From: Candidatus Multivorans sp.
GTDB taxonomy: Bacteria; Acidobacteriota; Thermoanaerobaculia; Multivoradales; Multivoraceae
Direction of reading: 5' to 3'
NCBI GenBank assembly: GCA_965224025.1
Contig: OZ245033.1
Coordinates: 2,784,001 to 2,848,000 of the forward strand
Length of the DNA: 64,000 nucleotides
The first letter of the stretch is position 1, and each line of letters opens with the position of its first letter. The notes beneath the pieces were generated by a model. The model had not been told where the DNA came from. It searched no databases and worked only from the letters and a program-made list of their open reading frames with translations. Both the position numbers and the translations under genes were made by a program. Below, piece by piece: positions 19,119-29,938 of the stretch.

Positions 19119-21565
19119 GCGCGTCGGCGAAGACGCCGCGGCGACGCCGGTCCGGGCGCCGGCGAGAGGTTCGCAAGCGGCTGCGGCGCAGCATGTTCCG
19201 GCGCCACGGCGAGCGGTTGACGGTCGCCGGCCTGTGGCACTACGTGCTGGAACTCGACATCGTCTGGGTCGTCTTCATGGTCCTGGCCGGCGCCTGGATC
19301 ATGGCCCCGGCCGGCGTCTTCTTCGGTCCGGATCTGAGCGAGGGCGACATCGCGAACCGCGACTATCACGCGACGCGCGATGTCCTGATCCCCGACGAGG
19401 CGAGGTCGGAGGAACTGAAGGAGCAGGCCCGTTCCGACGTCCGGCCTCTCTACGACCTCGACGCCGCCCAGGCCGACGAGGTGGAGGACCGGATCCGGCG
19501 CCTCTTCGAGATCGAGCGAGGGGGCGACGAGGCGGCCGAACTCCTGCCCGAGGGGGAGGAGCAGGAGGTGGCCGCCGAACGGTTGCGACGGCTGCGAGAG
19601 GGCAGCGACCTGCGAGTCGACGAAGGCCACGCGGACCTGCTGGCCGCCCAGGTCGACGGCGAGGACGAAGGCGCCGAGCTCGAGGAGCGCTTGGGCCGCC
19701 TGGTCGGGTTCCTGCTTCGGGAAGGGATCGTGGAGAACAAGGAGACCCTGCTCCAGAACCGGCTCGAGGGCGTGACGGTGCGCATCCTCCAGACCGGAGA
19801 GGAAGCGGTCCAGTTCGACCTCTTTCGCTATCGCGGCTGGGATGAGGTGCAGAGCTATCTCGAAGCGGAGGTCGGCCGTTGGGGCGGCTGGAGCCACGCC
19901 GACCGGGAGACGGTCGTCGACTTCCTGATGGTCAACCTGACTCCGAACGTTTACCTGAACCTGAACGAGACCCAGGAGCGGCGGGACGCGGCAGCGGAGG
20001 CGATCGGGCAGGCGTTCAACGAGATCCGGGCGGGTCAGGTCATCGTGCGCAGGGGCGACGAGGTCGACCAGAAGGCAATCGAACTGCTGCGGGAGATGAC
20101 GGGTAGCGAGCGGCGGTCGATCCTGCTTCGATCGCCGGCCGCGTCGGTACTGCTGCTGGGCTTGGCGGTGGCGTTCCTGTGGATCGCGTTCCGGCGCAAG
20201 CGGCTGGTCACCGTCGAGGCTCGCGCCTTCGGCAGCGTCGTGCTGCTGCTGATCCTGGGTCTCCTGGCGACCCGCTTCGGCTTCGTGGTCGCGGATGCGC
20301 TCGCCGCCTCCTTCGAGATCGAGGCGCTCAGCTCCGCGAGGAGCTACGGCTTCGCGATTCCGTTCGCCGCGGTGGCGCTCCTGGTGTCCGTGCTCTACGG
20401 CCGCGGCGCCGGGCTGCTCGCCGGCCTGGTCTTCTCCGTGCTGGTGGGGCGTCTCGGATGGGCGGAGGCAACCACCTCGCAGCTCGGGTTGGCGGGCGGC
20501 ACGATGCTCTTCGCGCTGACCGGCAGCCTCGCCGCCGTGTTCGCGCTCGATCAACTGAAGCAGCGATCCGCGGTGATCAGGGCGGGCCTGCTGGTCGGAC
20601 TCGTCAACATGGCTTCGGTGACCGTGGTGACTCTGCTGGACGAGAACGGCGCCTCGATCGCGGGCTGGGGCTTCGAACTGCTCTGCGGATTCCTCGGCGG
20701 CCTGCTGGCCGCGGCGGCGGTCGGCTTCGCGATCCCCGTGTTCGAGGCGCTGTTGTTCCTGACCACGGACATGAAGCTGATGGAGCTCTCCGACACGAAT
20801 CTGCCGCTCCTGCAGCGCGTCGCCTTCGAGGCGCCCGGCACCTTCCAGCACTCCCTGATGGTCGCCAATCTGGCCAAGGCGGGCTGCGAGGCCCTGGGCG
20901 GGAACCCGACGCTGGCGTATGTGGGGGGCCTTTACCATGACATCGGCAAGGTGCTGAGGCCGCAGTACTTCGTGGAGAACCAGCGCGACGGAGACAACCC
21001 GCACGACAACCTCGCTCCGTCGATGTCGGCGCTGATCCTCCTCGATCATGTGAAGGAGGGCGTCCGCCTGGCGCGGGAGCATGGCCTGCCTCAGCCGATC
21101 GTGGACGCGATCGAACAGCATCACGGCACGCGCACCCTCGGCTACTTCCTCGACCGGGCGAAGAAGCGGGCGGAGCCGGAGGAGACGATCAACGAGCATC
21201 AGTACCGGTACCTGGGCCCGATGCCCCAGAACAAGACGATGGGCGTGCTGATGGTCGCCGATACGGTGGAGGCCGCGAGCCGCACCCTCACGGACTTCTC
21301 CGAGGAGTCGATCCAGGCGCTGGTTACGCGTCTGTTGGACGACATCGTCGAAGATGGTCAGTTGGATCAGACCGATCTGACCCTTTCCGACCTGCGACGG
21401 TTGAGCTACACGCTGCAGAATGTCCTGAAGACGATCCACCACCACCGGGTGGAGTATCCCGGCTTCGAATGGGGCAGTGAGAGTCGCGGTTCTCTGCGGG
21501 TTCTTCCCGGCGGCGCGGGGAGCGGCCGGGCGCCAGGAGCTCGCGCCGCAGAACGACACGAGTGA
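19115..21565 (+). CDS. 7TM-HDIG phosphohydrolase (PgpH/YqfF-like)
   Basis: Extracytoplasmic domain, multiple TM helices, APGTFQHS, YHDIGK..P.YFVENQ, HHGT, ADTVEAASR. Confidence 0.9.
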   Translation: MSASAKTPRRRRSGRRREVRKRLRRSMFRRHGERLTVAGLWHYVLELDIVWVVFMVLAGAWIMAPAGVFFGPDLSEGDIANRDYHATRDVLIPDEARSEELKEQARSDVRPLYDLDAAQADEVEDRIRRLFEIERGGDEAAELLPEGEEQEVAAERLRRLREGSDLRVDEGHADLLAAQVDGEDEGAELEERLGRLVGFLLREGIVENKETLLQNRLEGVTVRILQTGEEAVQFDLFRYRGWDEVQSYLEAEVGRWGGWSHADRETVVDFLMVNLTPNVYLNLNETQERRDAAAEAIGQAFNEIRAGQVIVRRGDEVDQKAIELLREMTGSERRSILLRSPAASVLLLGLAVAFLWIAFRRKRLVTVEARAFGSVVLLLILGLLATRFGFVVADALAASFEIEALSSARSYGFAIPFAAVALLVSVLYGRGAGLLAGLVFSVLVGRLGWAEATTSQLGLAGGTMLFALTGSLAAVFALDQLKQRSAVIRAGLLVGLVNMASVTVVTLLDENGASIAGWGFELLCGFLGGLLAAAAVGFAIPVFEALLFLTTDMKLMELSDTNLPLLQRVAFEAPGTFQHSLMVANLAKAGCEALGGNPTLAYVGGLYHDIGKVLRPQYFVENQRDGDNPHDNLAPSMSALILLDHVKEGVRLAREHGLPQPIVDAIEQHHGTRTLGYFLDRAKKRAEPEETINEHQYRYLGPMPQNKTMGVLMVADTVEAASRTLTDFSEESIQALVTRLLDDIVEDGQLDQTDLTLSDLRRLSYTLQNVLKTIHHHRVEYPGFEWGSESRGSLRVLPGGAGSGRAPGARAAERHE

Positions 21566-21634
21566 GTTCTGAGGCGCAAGCTTCTGGTGCGGACGGGATG
21601 GGCCGAAACTCCGAGCGATGCGAGGCGTTTAAGG
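21531..21634 (+). repeat. Two-hairpin dispersed element, copy 3 (spans the HDIG stop and the ybeY start)
   Basis: 24-bp stem 21531-21554/21566-21589 with G.U-type pairs; the 11-nt loop contains the GTGA stop/start overlap. Confidence 0.85.
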
Positions 21635-22959
21635 GCGCTGAGCCCGGCGTGGCGACCATCGATCTGCAGGTTGCGGCCTCCGTGGAGGCCAGTTGCCGGG
21701 CCCTGTTGCCCGGTCTCCGCCGCGTCGCTCACGATGTGGTCGCGGAGCTGGCGCCGCATCCGGCCTCGCTGACCCTGCGCCTCACGGGCGACGACGAGAT
21801 CCGGGGGCTGAACCAACGCTACCGGGCGATCGATGAGGCGGCCGACGTGCTCTCGTTCCCCGGCGAGACGACTCCGGAGGGGCGGCACCTGGGCGATGTC
21901 GTGATCTCGGTGGAGACGGCCGTGGCGCGCAGCGGCGTCGCCCTCGAGCGGGAGCTCCAGGTGCTGGCACTGCACGGAATCCTCCACTGCCTGGGCTATG
22001 ACCACGAGACGGACGACGGCGAGATGGAGGCCCTGGAGCAGCGGCTGCGGGCGCACTGCCTGGGGCCGTACAAGACCGGGACGGTGGCGTTCGTGGGGCG
22101 GCCGAACGCCGGCAAGTCGACGCTGATGAACCGGATGCTGGGCGAGAAGCTCGCGATCGTCTCGGACAAGCCGCAGACCACCCGCCACCGGTTGATCGGT
22201 ATCCTGACCACGGAGCGCGGCCAGATGGTGTTTCACGACACGCCCGGCCTGCACCGGCCCCTGCACCGGTTGAACCGCCGCATGGTCCACGCCGCCTCCG
22301 CGGCACTCAACGAGGCTGACGTCGTCTGCCTGATCCGCGACGTGGCGGTTCCGTTCGGCAAGGGCGACGCCTACGCCCTCGATCTCGTCGGCGCCGCGGC
22401 GGCAGCCGGACAGGAGCGTCCCATGCTGTGCCTGCTGAACAAGATCGACCAGGTCAGGAAGCACCGGCTGTTGCCCGAGATCGAGCGCTATGCGGGCCGC
22501 GGCGTGTTCGAGGAGATCGTGCCCATCTCGGCGCTTGACGGGGACGGCGTGGAACAGGTCCTGGAGATCCTCTGGCGCCACCTGCCGGCGGGCGAGCCGC
22601 AACACGATCCGGAGCTTCCGACCGTGCACACGGAACGCTTCCTGGTGGCCGAGCTGATTCGGGAGAAGGTGCTCGAACAGACGCGGGACGAGTTGCCCTT
22701 CACGACCGCCGTCGTCATCGAAGCGTGGGAGGACGGCGACAAGCGGACGGACCTGCTCGCGCACATCCTGGTCGACCGGGACAGCCACAAGGGCATCGTG
22801 ATCGGTCGCGGCGGCAAACGGATCAAGGAGATCGGTACCGCCGCGCGCCGGGATCTGGAAGGCTTCCTGGGTCGGCGGGTGTACCTCGAGTTGCAGGTCA
22901 GAGCCCACCCGGGATGGCGCGAGGACGCAGCGGTGCTCGGCCGTCTGGCGCCGGGCTAG
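21562..22959 (+). CDS. ybeY/era: YbeY endoribonuclease - Era GTPase fusion protein
   Basis: [24 protein letters not shown], then in frame [21 protein letters not shown] and KH motif GIVIGRGG; alternative start GTG 21649. Confidence 0.9.
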   Translation: MSSEAQASGADGMGRNSERCEAFKGAEPGVATIDLQVAASVEASCRALLPGLRRVAHDVVAELAPHPASLTLRLTGDDEIRGLNQRYRAIDEAADVLSFPGETTPEGRHLGDVVISVETAVARSGVALERELQVLALHGILHCLGYDHETDDGEMEALEQRLRAHCLGPYKTGTVAFVGRPNAGKSTLMNRMLGEKLAIVSDKPQTTRHRLIGILTTERGQMVFHDTPGLHRPLHRLNRRMVHAASAALNEADVVCLIRDVAVPFGKGDAYALDLVGAAAAAGQERPMLCLLNKIDQVRKHRLLPEIERYAGRGVFEEIVPISALDGDGVEQVLEILWRHLPAGEPQHDPELPTVHTERFLVAELIREKVLEQTRDELPFTTAVVIEAWEDGDKRTDLLAHILVDRDSHKGIVIGRGGKRIKEIGTAARRDLEGFLGRRVYLELQVRAHPGWREDAAVLGRLAPG

Positions 22960-23208
22960 CCGACTCCGGCCCTGGGAACGCGGGCGTCTCGCCCGCATCC
23001 GGGTTGCAGAGCGCTGGCCAGTGTCGTTCCGGGCACGGTAGACGCTACGGAATCGTCGGATCCTGGCCGGGGGCCGCGACAGAGTTGTTGGCTCAGCGCG
23101 GGTGCGATCGGACCGAGAAGAAGCTCGACTGGACTCGGCGGCCGATTCCTGCCCTACGGTGCGGAAACTCCGGGCGCGTGGCCCGTTTCACGCCCCAGGA
23201 AAGCGTCC

Positions 23209-23224
23209 CGGCACGCAGGTTGCT
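23209..23224 (+). promoter_or_regulatory. Sigma-54 (-24/-12) promoter of glnA
   Basis: CGGCACGCAGGTTGCT matches YGGCAC-N5-TTGCW with exact GG-N10-GC spacing. Confidence 0.8.
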
Positions 23225-23390
23225 AGCGGAAGAGCCACGGCGTCGGCGCCGCGGGTTGCCAGTTGATGGACTCGCTGATAAACAGGCGGCCAAAGCGCTT
23301 TCGTGCATGCAGAGATCGGCCGGGTCGGCGGCTCGGCTACATCGGTTCGGCGCGGCTTCACCGCGGCAAGGACAAGCAAAGGAGGACTTC

Positions 23391-24812
<1,422 letters not shown>

Positions 24813-24859
24813 TCTGCGCCGACCGGAGAGTGGGCGCCGTCAGCGAGGAGGTCCCTTCC

Positions 24860-26206
24860 GTGCAAGCCTTGGCGATTCGCACCCTCGGCGTCGTGCTGGG
24901 GTTGACGTTGACCGCGCCGGCCATGGCCGACGACTGGCCGCAGTGGCGGGGCGCCGACCGCTCCGGCGTGTGGCAGGAGGACGGCATCCTGGAGCAATTC
25001 CCCAAAGGGGGGCTCGAGGTCGCCTGGCGGGTACCCATCCACGGCGGCTACTCGGGCCCGGTGGTGGCGGATGGACGTGTGTTCGTCATGGACTGGCGGC
25101 GCGTTGAAGGGTCGCGCGCCATCATGGGGAAGGAACGCGTGCTGACGCTCGACGAGGAGACCGGCGAGGTGCTCTGGAGCCACGAGTGGGACGTGAACTA
25201 CTCCGCGCTCCAGCAGAGCTACGCGATCGGCCCGCGCTCCACGCCGGCCGTCGACGGCGACCGCGTCTACGTCATGGGCGGGGTCGGGCACCTGTTCGCG
25301 CTGAATGCGGAGACGGGCGACGTGATCTGGAGCTACGACTCGGTGGAGCAGGGCAATGCCAGCATCACGATCTGGGGGTTCTCCAGTTCGCCGCTCGTGC
25401 ATGGCGACCTGTTGATCCAGATCGTGGGCGCCGAACCGGACGGCAAGGTGATCGCCTTCGACAAGCGCACGGGCGAGGAGGTCTGGCGGTCGCTGTCTTC
25501 GGACTGGGAGATGGGCTACGGCCAGCCCATGATCTTCGAACGCGGCGGCGTGGAGCAGCTCATCGTCTGGGAGCCGCGGGCGGTCAACTCGCTCGATCCG
25601 GCCACCGGCGAGGTCTACTGGACCGTGCCCTGGGAGGTCGCTTCCGGGATGACCGTGACGACCCCCGTGATCGACGGCAACCGGTTGCTGTTCAGCCAGT
25701 TCTACCGCGGTTCCCTGCTGCTCGAGCTGGCCGAGGACAAGCCCGAGGTCACGGAGCTGTGGCGCGGCAAGAGCCGCAGCGAGATGCCGGAGGAGACGGA
25801 GGGGCTTCACGCCCTGATCACCACGCCGATTCTCGAGGGCGACACGATCTACGGCGTCTGCAGCTACGGCCAGTTGCGCGGCCTTGACGCCTCGGATGGT
25901 TCACGGCTCTGGGAGAGCGACAAGATGACCCGCCAGGGGCGCTGGGGCGCCGCCTTCATGGTCAAGCACGGCGACCGCTGGTTCGTGAACAACGATGTCG
26001 GCGACCTGATCATCGCCCGCTTCTCGCGGGACGGCTACGAGGAGATCGACCGCGCCAAGCTGATCGAGCCCACTGCGCGATCCGGCTTCGGTCCGCGACG
26101 CTTTTACGACGCGATGGTCAACTGGTCCCACCCGGCCTACGCCAACCGTCACGTCATCGCGCGTAACGACGAGGAGGTCATCCGTGTCTCCCTTGCCGTC
26201 GAGTAG
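24860..26206 (+). CDS. Secreted PQQ-like beta-propeller repeat protein
   Basis: GAGGAGG RBS; signal peptide, DDWPQWRG, repeated TGE..W motifs, WSHPAYAN. Confidence 0.85.
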   Translation: MQALAIRTLGVVLGLTLTAPAMADDWPQWRGADRSGVWQEDGILEQFPKGGLEVAWRVPIHGGYSGPVVADGRVFVMDWRRVEGSRAIMGKERVLTLDEETGEVLWSHEWDVNYSALQQSYAIGPRSTPAVDGDRVYVMGGVGHLFALNAETGDVIWSYDSVEQGNASITIWGFSSSPLVHGDLLIQIVGAEPDGKVIAFDKRTGEEVWRSLSSDWEMGYGQPMIFERGGVEQLIVWEPRAVNSLDPATGEVYWTVPWEVASGMTVTTPVIDGNRLLFSQFYRGSLLLELAEDKPEVTELWRGKSRSEMPEETEGLHALITTPILEGDTIYGVCSYGQLRGLDASDGSRLWESDKMTRQGRWGAAFMVKHGDRWFVNNDVGDLIIARFSRDGYEEIDRAKLIEPTARSGFGPRRFYDAMVNWSHPAYANRHVIARNDEEVIRVSLAVE

Positions 26207-27494
26207 GCGCGGGCATCCTGCCCGCATCCGGTGCGTTTCCGCACTCGCAGCGGCGCTCGTCGCTCTCGCAATCCTGCCGGCCACCGCCCAGGAGGGCTCG
26301 GATGCCCAAGGTCCGGTGGGGGAGCTGATCTTCCCGCTCGAGCACTGGCACAACCACGGCTCGTCCCTGGTCGAGCTGCCGAACGGCGATCTGCTCGTGG
26401 CCTGGTTCCACGGTTCGGGTGAGCGCACCGCCGACGACGTGCGCATCCGGGGCGCTCGCCTTCGCGCGGGCGCCGAGACCTGGAGCCAGCCGTTCCTGCT
26501 CGCCGACACGCCGGGCTTCCCGGACACGAACTGCACCCTGCTGCTCGAGCCGGTGAGCGCCGGCGGACACCGGCTGTGGCTGTTCTGGCCCACGATTCAG
26601 GCGAACTTGTGGGAGAGCGCGCTGATGAAATTCAAGGTCTCGACCGACTTCGAGGGGCCGGGGCCGCCGGTGTGGCAGTGGCAGGACGTGCTCCACATGA
26701 AGCCCGGCGACGGCTTCCACGACCTGGTGGCGGAGAGGACGGACGAGTACTTCCGGAGCCTTGGCTTTACCGGCGCCACGGATCCGGCCTCGCCGGAATC
26801 GGTCCGGCAATGGGCCGCGCGCAACCTGGAGCAGGCCGCCGACAAGCTGACCCGCCGCCTCGGCTGGTTCACCCGTGCCCATCCGGTCGTCCTGCCGCTG
26901 CCTGAGGGCGGCCAGCGGCTGCTGGTGGGCCTGTACTCCGACGGCTTCAGCTTCGCTTCCGCCACGTACAGCGACGACGGCGGCCACACCTGGACGATGA
27001 GTGAGCCGATCATCGGCGGCGGCAACATCCAGCCCACGTTCGCGCTCCGCGACGACGGCACCCTGGTCGCCTTCATGCGCGACAACGGGCCGCCGCCGAA
27101 GAGGGCGCACGTCGCCGAGTCCCGGGATCTGGGAGGGACCTGGACCATCGCCCGCGACCACCCCGACGTGGTCGAGACCGGCGCCGGACTCGAAGTACTG
27201 AAGCTCGAGAGCGGTCGCTGGGTCGTCGTCCACAACGACATCCCCGACGGCCGCTACCGGCTCGCGGTGTCGGTCTCCGAGGACGAAGGCAGGACCTTCA
27301 AGCACAGGCGCTACATCGAGCTCGAGGAGAAGGGCGTCGGCCGCTACCACTACCCGTCCGTCATCCAGACGCGAGACGGCGGCATCCACGTGACCTACAG
27401 CTACCACGTCGCCGGCGCGCTCGACGACGGCGGCCAGGGCAAGAGCATCAAGCACGTGAACTTCGACGAGGCCTGGCTGCTCGGCGAAAGCTGA
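26184..27494 (+). CDS. Secreted BNR/Asp-box sialidase-family protein
   Basis: NHGSSLVELPNGDLLVAWF, Asp boxes SDDGGHTW, SRDLGGTW, SEDEGRTF, YHYPSVIQ. Confidence 0.85.
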   Translation: MSPLPSSRRGHPARIRCVSALAAALVALAILPATAQEGSDAQGPVGELIFPLEHWHNHGSSLVELPNGDLLVAWFHGSGERTADDVRIRGARLRAGAETWSQPFLLADTPGFPDTNCTLLLEPVSAGGHRLWLFWPTIQANLWESALMKFKVSTDFEGPGPPVWQWQDVLHMKPGDGFHDLVAERTDEYFRSLGFTGATDPASPESVRQWAARNLEQAADKLTRRLGWFTRAHPVVLPLPEGGQRLLVGLYSDGFSFASATYSDDGGHTWTMSEPIIGGGNIQPTFALRDDGTLVAFMRDNGPPPKRAHVAESRDLGGTWTIARDHPDVVETGAGLEVLKLESGRWVVVHNDIPDGRYRLAVSVSEDEGRTFKHRRYIELEEKGVGRYHYPSVIQTRDGGIHVTYSYHVAGALDDGGQGKSIKHVNFDEAWLLGES

Positions 27495-27527
27495 GCGAGG
27501 CAAACACGTTCAACCGGGAGGGTTCCC

Positions 27528-28874
27528 ATGCGCCTTCGACTTCTTTCCATCGCTGCCTCGATCGCGGCGACCTGTCTCGTCCTGCTCCCGGCCTGTGCAC
27601 CCGAGGGCGGTGCCGGCACGGGCGCCGGCACCGAAACCTTCGCGGGTCTGCCAATTACAACACCCGAAAGCGCCGGCATGTCGAGTGAACGGCTCGACCG
27701 CATCCGGCCGGCGTTCGAGAGTTACGTGACGGACGGCAAGCTCTCCGGCGTCGTCACCGTCGTCGCGCGCGACGGCCGGGTCGTTCACTTCGAAGCCAGC
27801 GGCAACCAGGACGTCGAGGCCGGCGAGCCGATGACCGAGGACACGCTTTTCCGCATGTACTCGATGACCAAGCCGATCGCCTCGGCGGCGCTGATGAGCC
27901 TCTGGGAGGAGGGGCACTTTCTGCTGTCGACGCCGTTGTCCGCGATTCTCCCCGAGTTCGCGGACGTGCGGGTCTACGTCTCGGGCGACGGCGACGACAT
28001 GGAGACGGAGCCGCCCCGGCGACCCATCGTCATCCGGGACCTGATGACCCATACTTCCGGTCTGACCTACACCTTCATCCCCAGCCCGGTGGCCGCCTTC
28101 TACGCGGCGCAGGGGCTTGAGGGCTCGGCCGAGGCGGTCCCGCACGACGACCTCGCGCACTACGTCCGGGAACTGGCGAAGCAGCCCCTGCTCGCGCATC
28201 CGGGCACCGCCTGGAACTACAGCGTCGGTCTCGAAGTCGCGGGCCGGGTGGTCGAGGTCGTTTCGGGGCAGACCTTCCGCGAGTTCCTGAAGGAGCGAGT
28301 CTTCGACCCGCTGGGCATGGTCGACACGGAGTTCTACGTTCCCGACGAGAAGCTCGATCGCTTGGCCGTGAACTACGCGCCGACGCCGGAGGGCGGCATC
28401 GTCGTCTTCGACGATCCCGAGACCAGCGCCTATCGCAAGCCGCCGAAGGTCGAGATGGGCGGCTCCGGTCTGGTCGCCACCGCCGGCGACTACCTGCGCT
28501 TCGCCCAGATGCTGGCGAACGGCGGCGAGCTCGATGGCGTGCGGATCCTCGGACCGCAGACCGTGGCCCTGATGATGGACAACCACCTCGGATCGACCTA
28601 CGGACCCTCGCCGATGTCCAGCCTCAATCTCGACATGGGGATGAGCGAGGGCATGGGCTACGGCCTGGGCGGGTACTCGATCACCGACACCGGCCTGACC
28701 GGACTGCCGGCTTCGCCCGGCACCTACGGCTGGGGCGGCGCCGCCTCGACCGACTTCTGGGTCGACCCCGAGGAGAACCTCGTCGGCATGGTGCTGACCC
28801 AGTTGCTGCCCACCGGCACCTATCCGCTGCGTTCGACGATGGAGGTGCTCACCTACCAGGCGATCGTGGAGTAG
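27528..28874 (+). CDS. Beta-lactamase-family serine hydrolase (probable lipoprotein)
   Basis: FRMYSMTKP (SxxK), LMTHTSG, PGTAWNYS, YGWGGA. Confidence 0.9.
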   Translation: MRLRLLSIAASIAATCLVLLPACAPEGGAGTGAGTETFAGLPITTPESAGMSSERLDRIRPAFESYVTDGKLSGVVTVVARDGRVVHFEASGNQDVEAGEPMTEDTLFRMYSMTKPIASAALMSLWEEGHFLLSTPLSAILPEFADVRVYVSGDGDDMETEPPRRPIVIRDLMTHTSGLTYTFIPSPVAAFYAAQGLEGSAEAVPHDDLAHYVRELAKQPLLAHPGTAWNYSVGLEVAGRVVEVVSGQTFREFLKERVFDPLGMVDTEFYVPDEKLDRLAVNYAPTPEGGIVVFDDPETSAYRKPPKVEMGGSGLVATAGDYLRFAQMLANGGELDGVRILGPQTVALMMDNHLGSTYGPSPMSSLNLDMGMSEGMGYGLGGYSITDTGLTGLPASPGTYGWGGAASTDFWVDPEENLVGMVLTQLLPTGTYPLRSTMEVLTYQAIVE

Positions 28875-28965
28875 GCGCGAAAGGGGGCCGACGATGAGCA
28901 TGTTTCGACGACCGCCCCGGCGTCTACCGTTGGTGCGGGTGTTCCGTGTTGGACTGACGATGGGT

Positions 28966-29634
28966 CTACGGCGCAGTCTGGCGTGAACGTCGTGCGGAAC
29001 GCGTTCGAGCTGGAAGCCCATCATCGTCTCGTAGACGGCGCCGATCTGCTCGACGTCCAGGGCCCGGTAGGAGAGGCGCTCGCCATCGAGCCACTAGCAG
29101 CTTCTCCTCGTGGGCTGCCTGGAAGCCGCGCAGCAGCTCGTAGAGGGCGTGCAGCACTTGTACCGCGAGCCGGCTGTTGGGCGAGGCTTCGAGCCGGCCG
29201 GCGCCGGCGGCGACCCGGTCGAAGTCCTGGTCGGGCTCAAGGGTCTGCACCAGCACCGGGCCTTCCTCGCTCGGTTCTAGTTCGCGGACCGCGAAGTCGG
29301 GGCGCAGCGTCTCGCCGTAGTCGGGCAGGTGAAGGCTCAGATCCTCCGGCATCGGGGCGGCGCTGCCGCCGGCGTAGCCCCTGGGCGAGAAGTTCCAGCC
29401 GAGCACGGTGCGGGCGAACGGCTCGAAATCGGGCAGGAGGGCTGAGGGCTCGTCGCCCGATCCGGACCGCCGGCATTCAACGGCCGCCTGCAGACGGCGC
29501 TGGCCTTCCCGGTCGCTGCGTTGCAGCACCGCGCCGGCCTTGTCCAGCGCCGGCGCCGAGACGACGAGACCGGTCGGCTGCACGAAGCCGAGCCACTCGA
29601 GATGGGCGAGCGTGTTCGCGTTCGGTTGGGCCAT
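28966..29634 (-). pseudogene. Collapsed remnant of a DISARM-associated N6-adenine methyltransferase (DrmMI-like)
   Basis: HLEWLGFVQPTGLVVS start, then juxtaposed distant segments VLHALYELLRGFQAA and, after a +1 shift, LDGERLSYRALDVEQIGAVYETMMGF; no catalytic motifs remain. Confidence 0.7.
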
Positions 29635-29637
29635 CGT

Positions 29638-29938
29638 CTACGGCGGGGCGAGCACGGGGATGACGCGGCGTCCAGCCTGACGGTAGATGCGGAAGCCGGA
29701 GTCGAGCGTGAGAACCGAGGCGTTCTTTGTCTGCTCGACGATCCAGACCAGACAGGCATCCGCGAGCGACATCGGTACATTGCTGTAGCGTCGCATCAAG
29801 CGGCCGACGGCGCGGGCTTGGTCGGGAGATGCGAGTGGATCCGCGACTTCGAGGACACCGCGCTCGACGAGGGTGATCGGCAGGCTCGGATCGGCCGAGG
29901 CGCGAGCCAGCAGGAAGGAAGCCTCCGAGAGGATGACA
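29638..29938 (-). pseudogene. 5'-truncated VapC/PIN toxin
   Basis: VILSEASFLL, MRRYSNVPMSLADACLV, VLTLDSGFRIYR; N-terminal D-containing strand missing. Confidence 0.75.

Noticed and set aside
19061-21559. Long antisense and alternative-frame ORFs (also 23358-24785, 27510-29024, 31884-33617, 43139-44542)
   Set aside because: Shadow ORFs expected in high-GC DNA opposite well-supported genes; R/G/P/A-rich with no motifs
5983-21634. Dispersed hairpin repeats as a CRISPR array
   Set aside because: Copies are kilobases apart, in both orientations, with no spacer periodicity and no cas genes
23341-23385. Known glnA (glutamine) riboswitch
   Set aside because: Only a superficial ATCGGTTC resemblance; the conserved three-way-junction nucleotides are not recognisable
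22725-23390. N-terminal extension of GlnA in the ORF track (also extensions on guaA, thiD, nnr, hbd and the SNF2 gene)
   Set aside because: Better starts exist downstream with an RBS or stop/start overlap; the extensions overlap other genes or promoters
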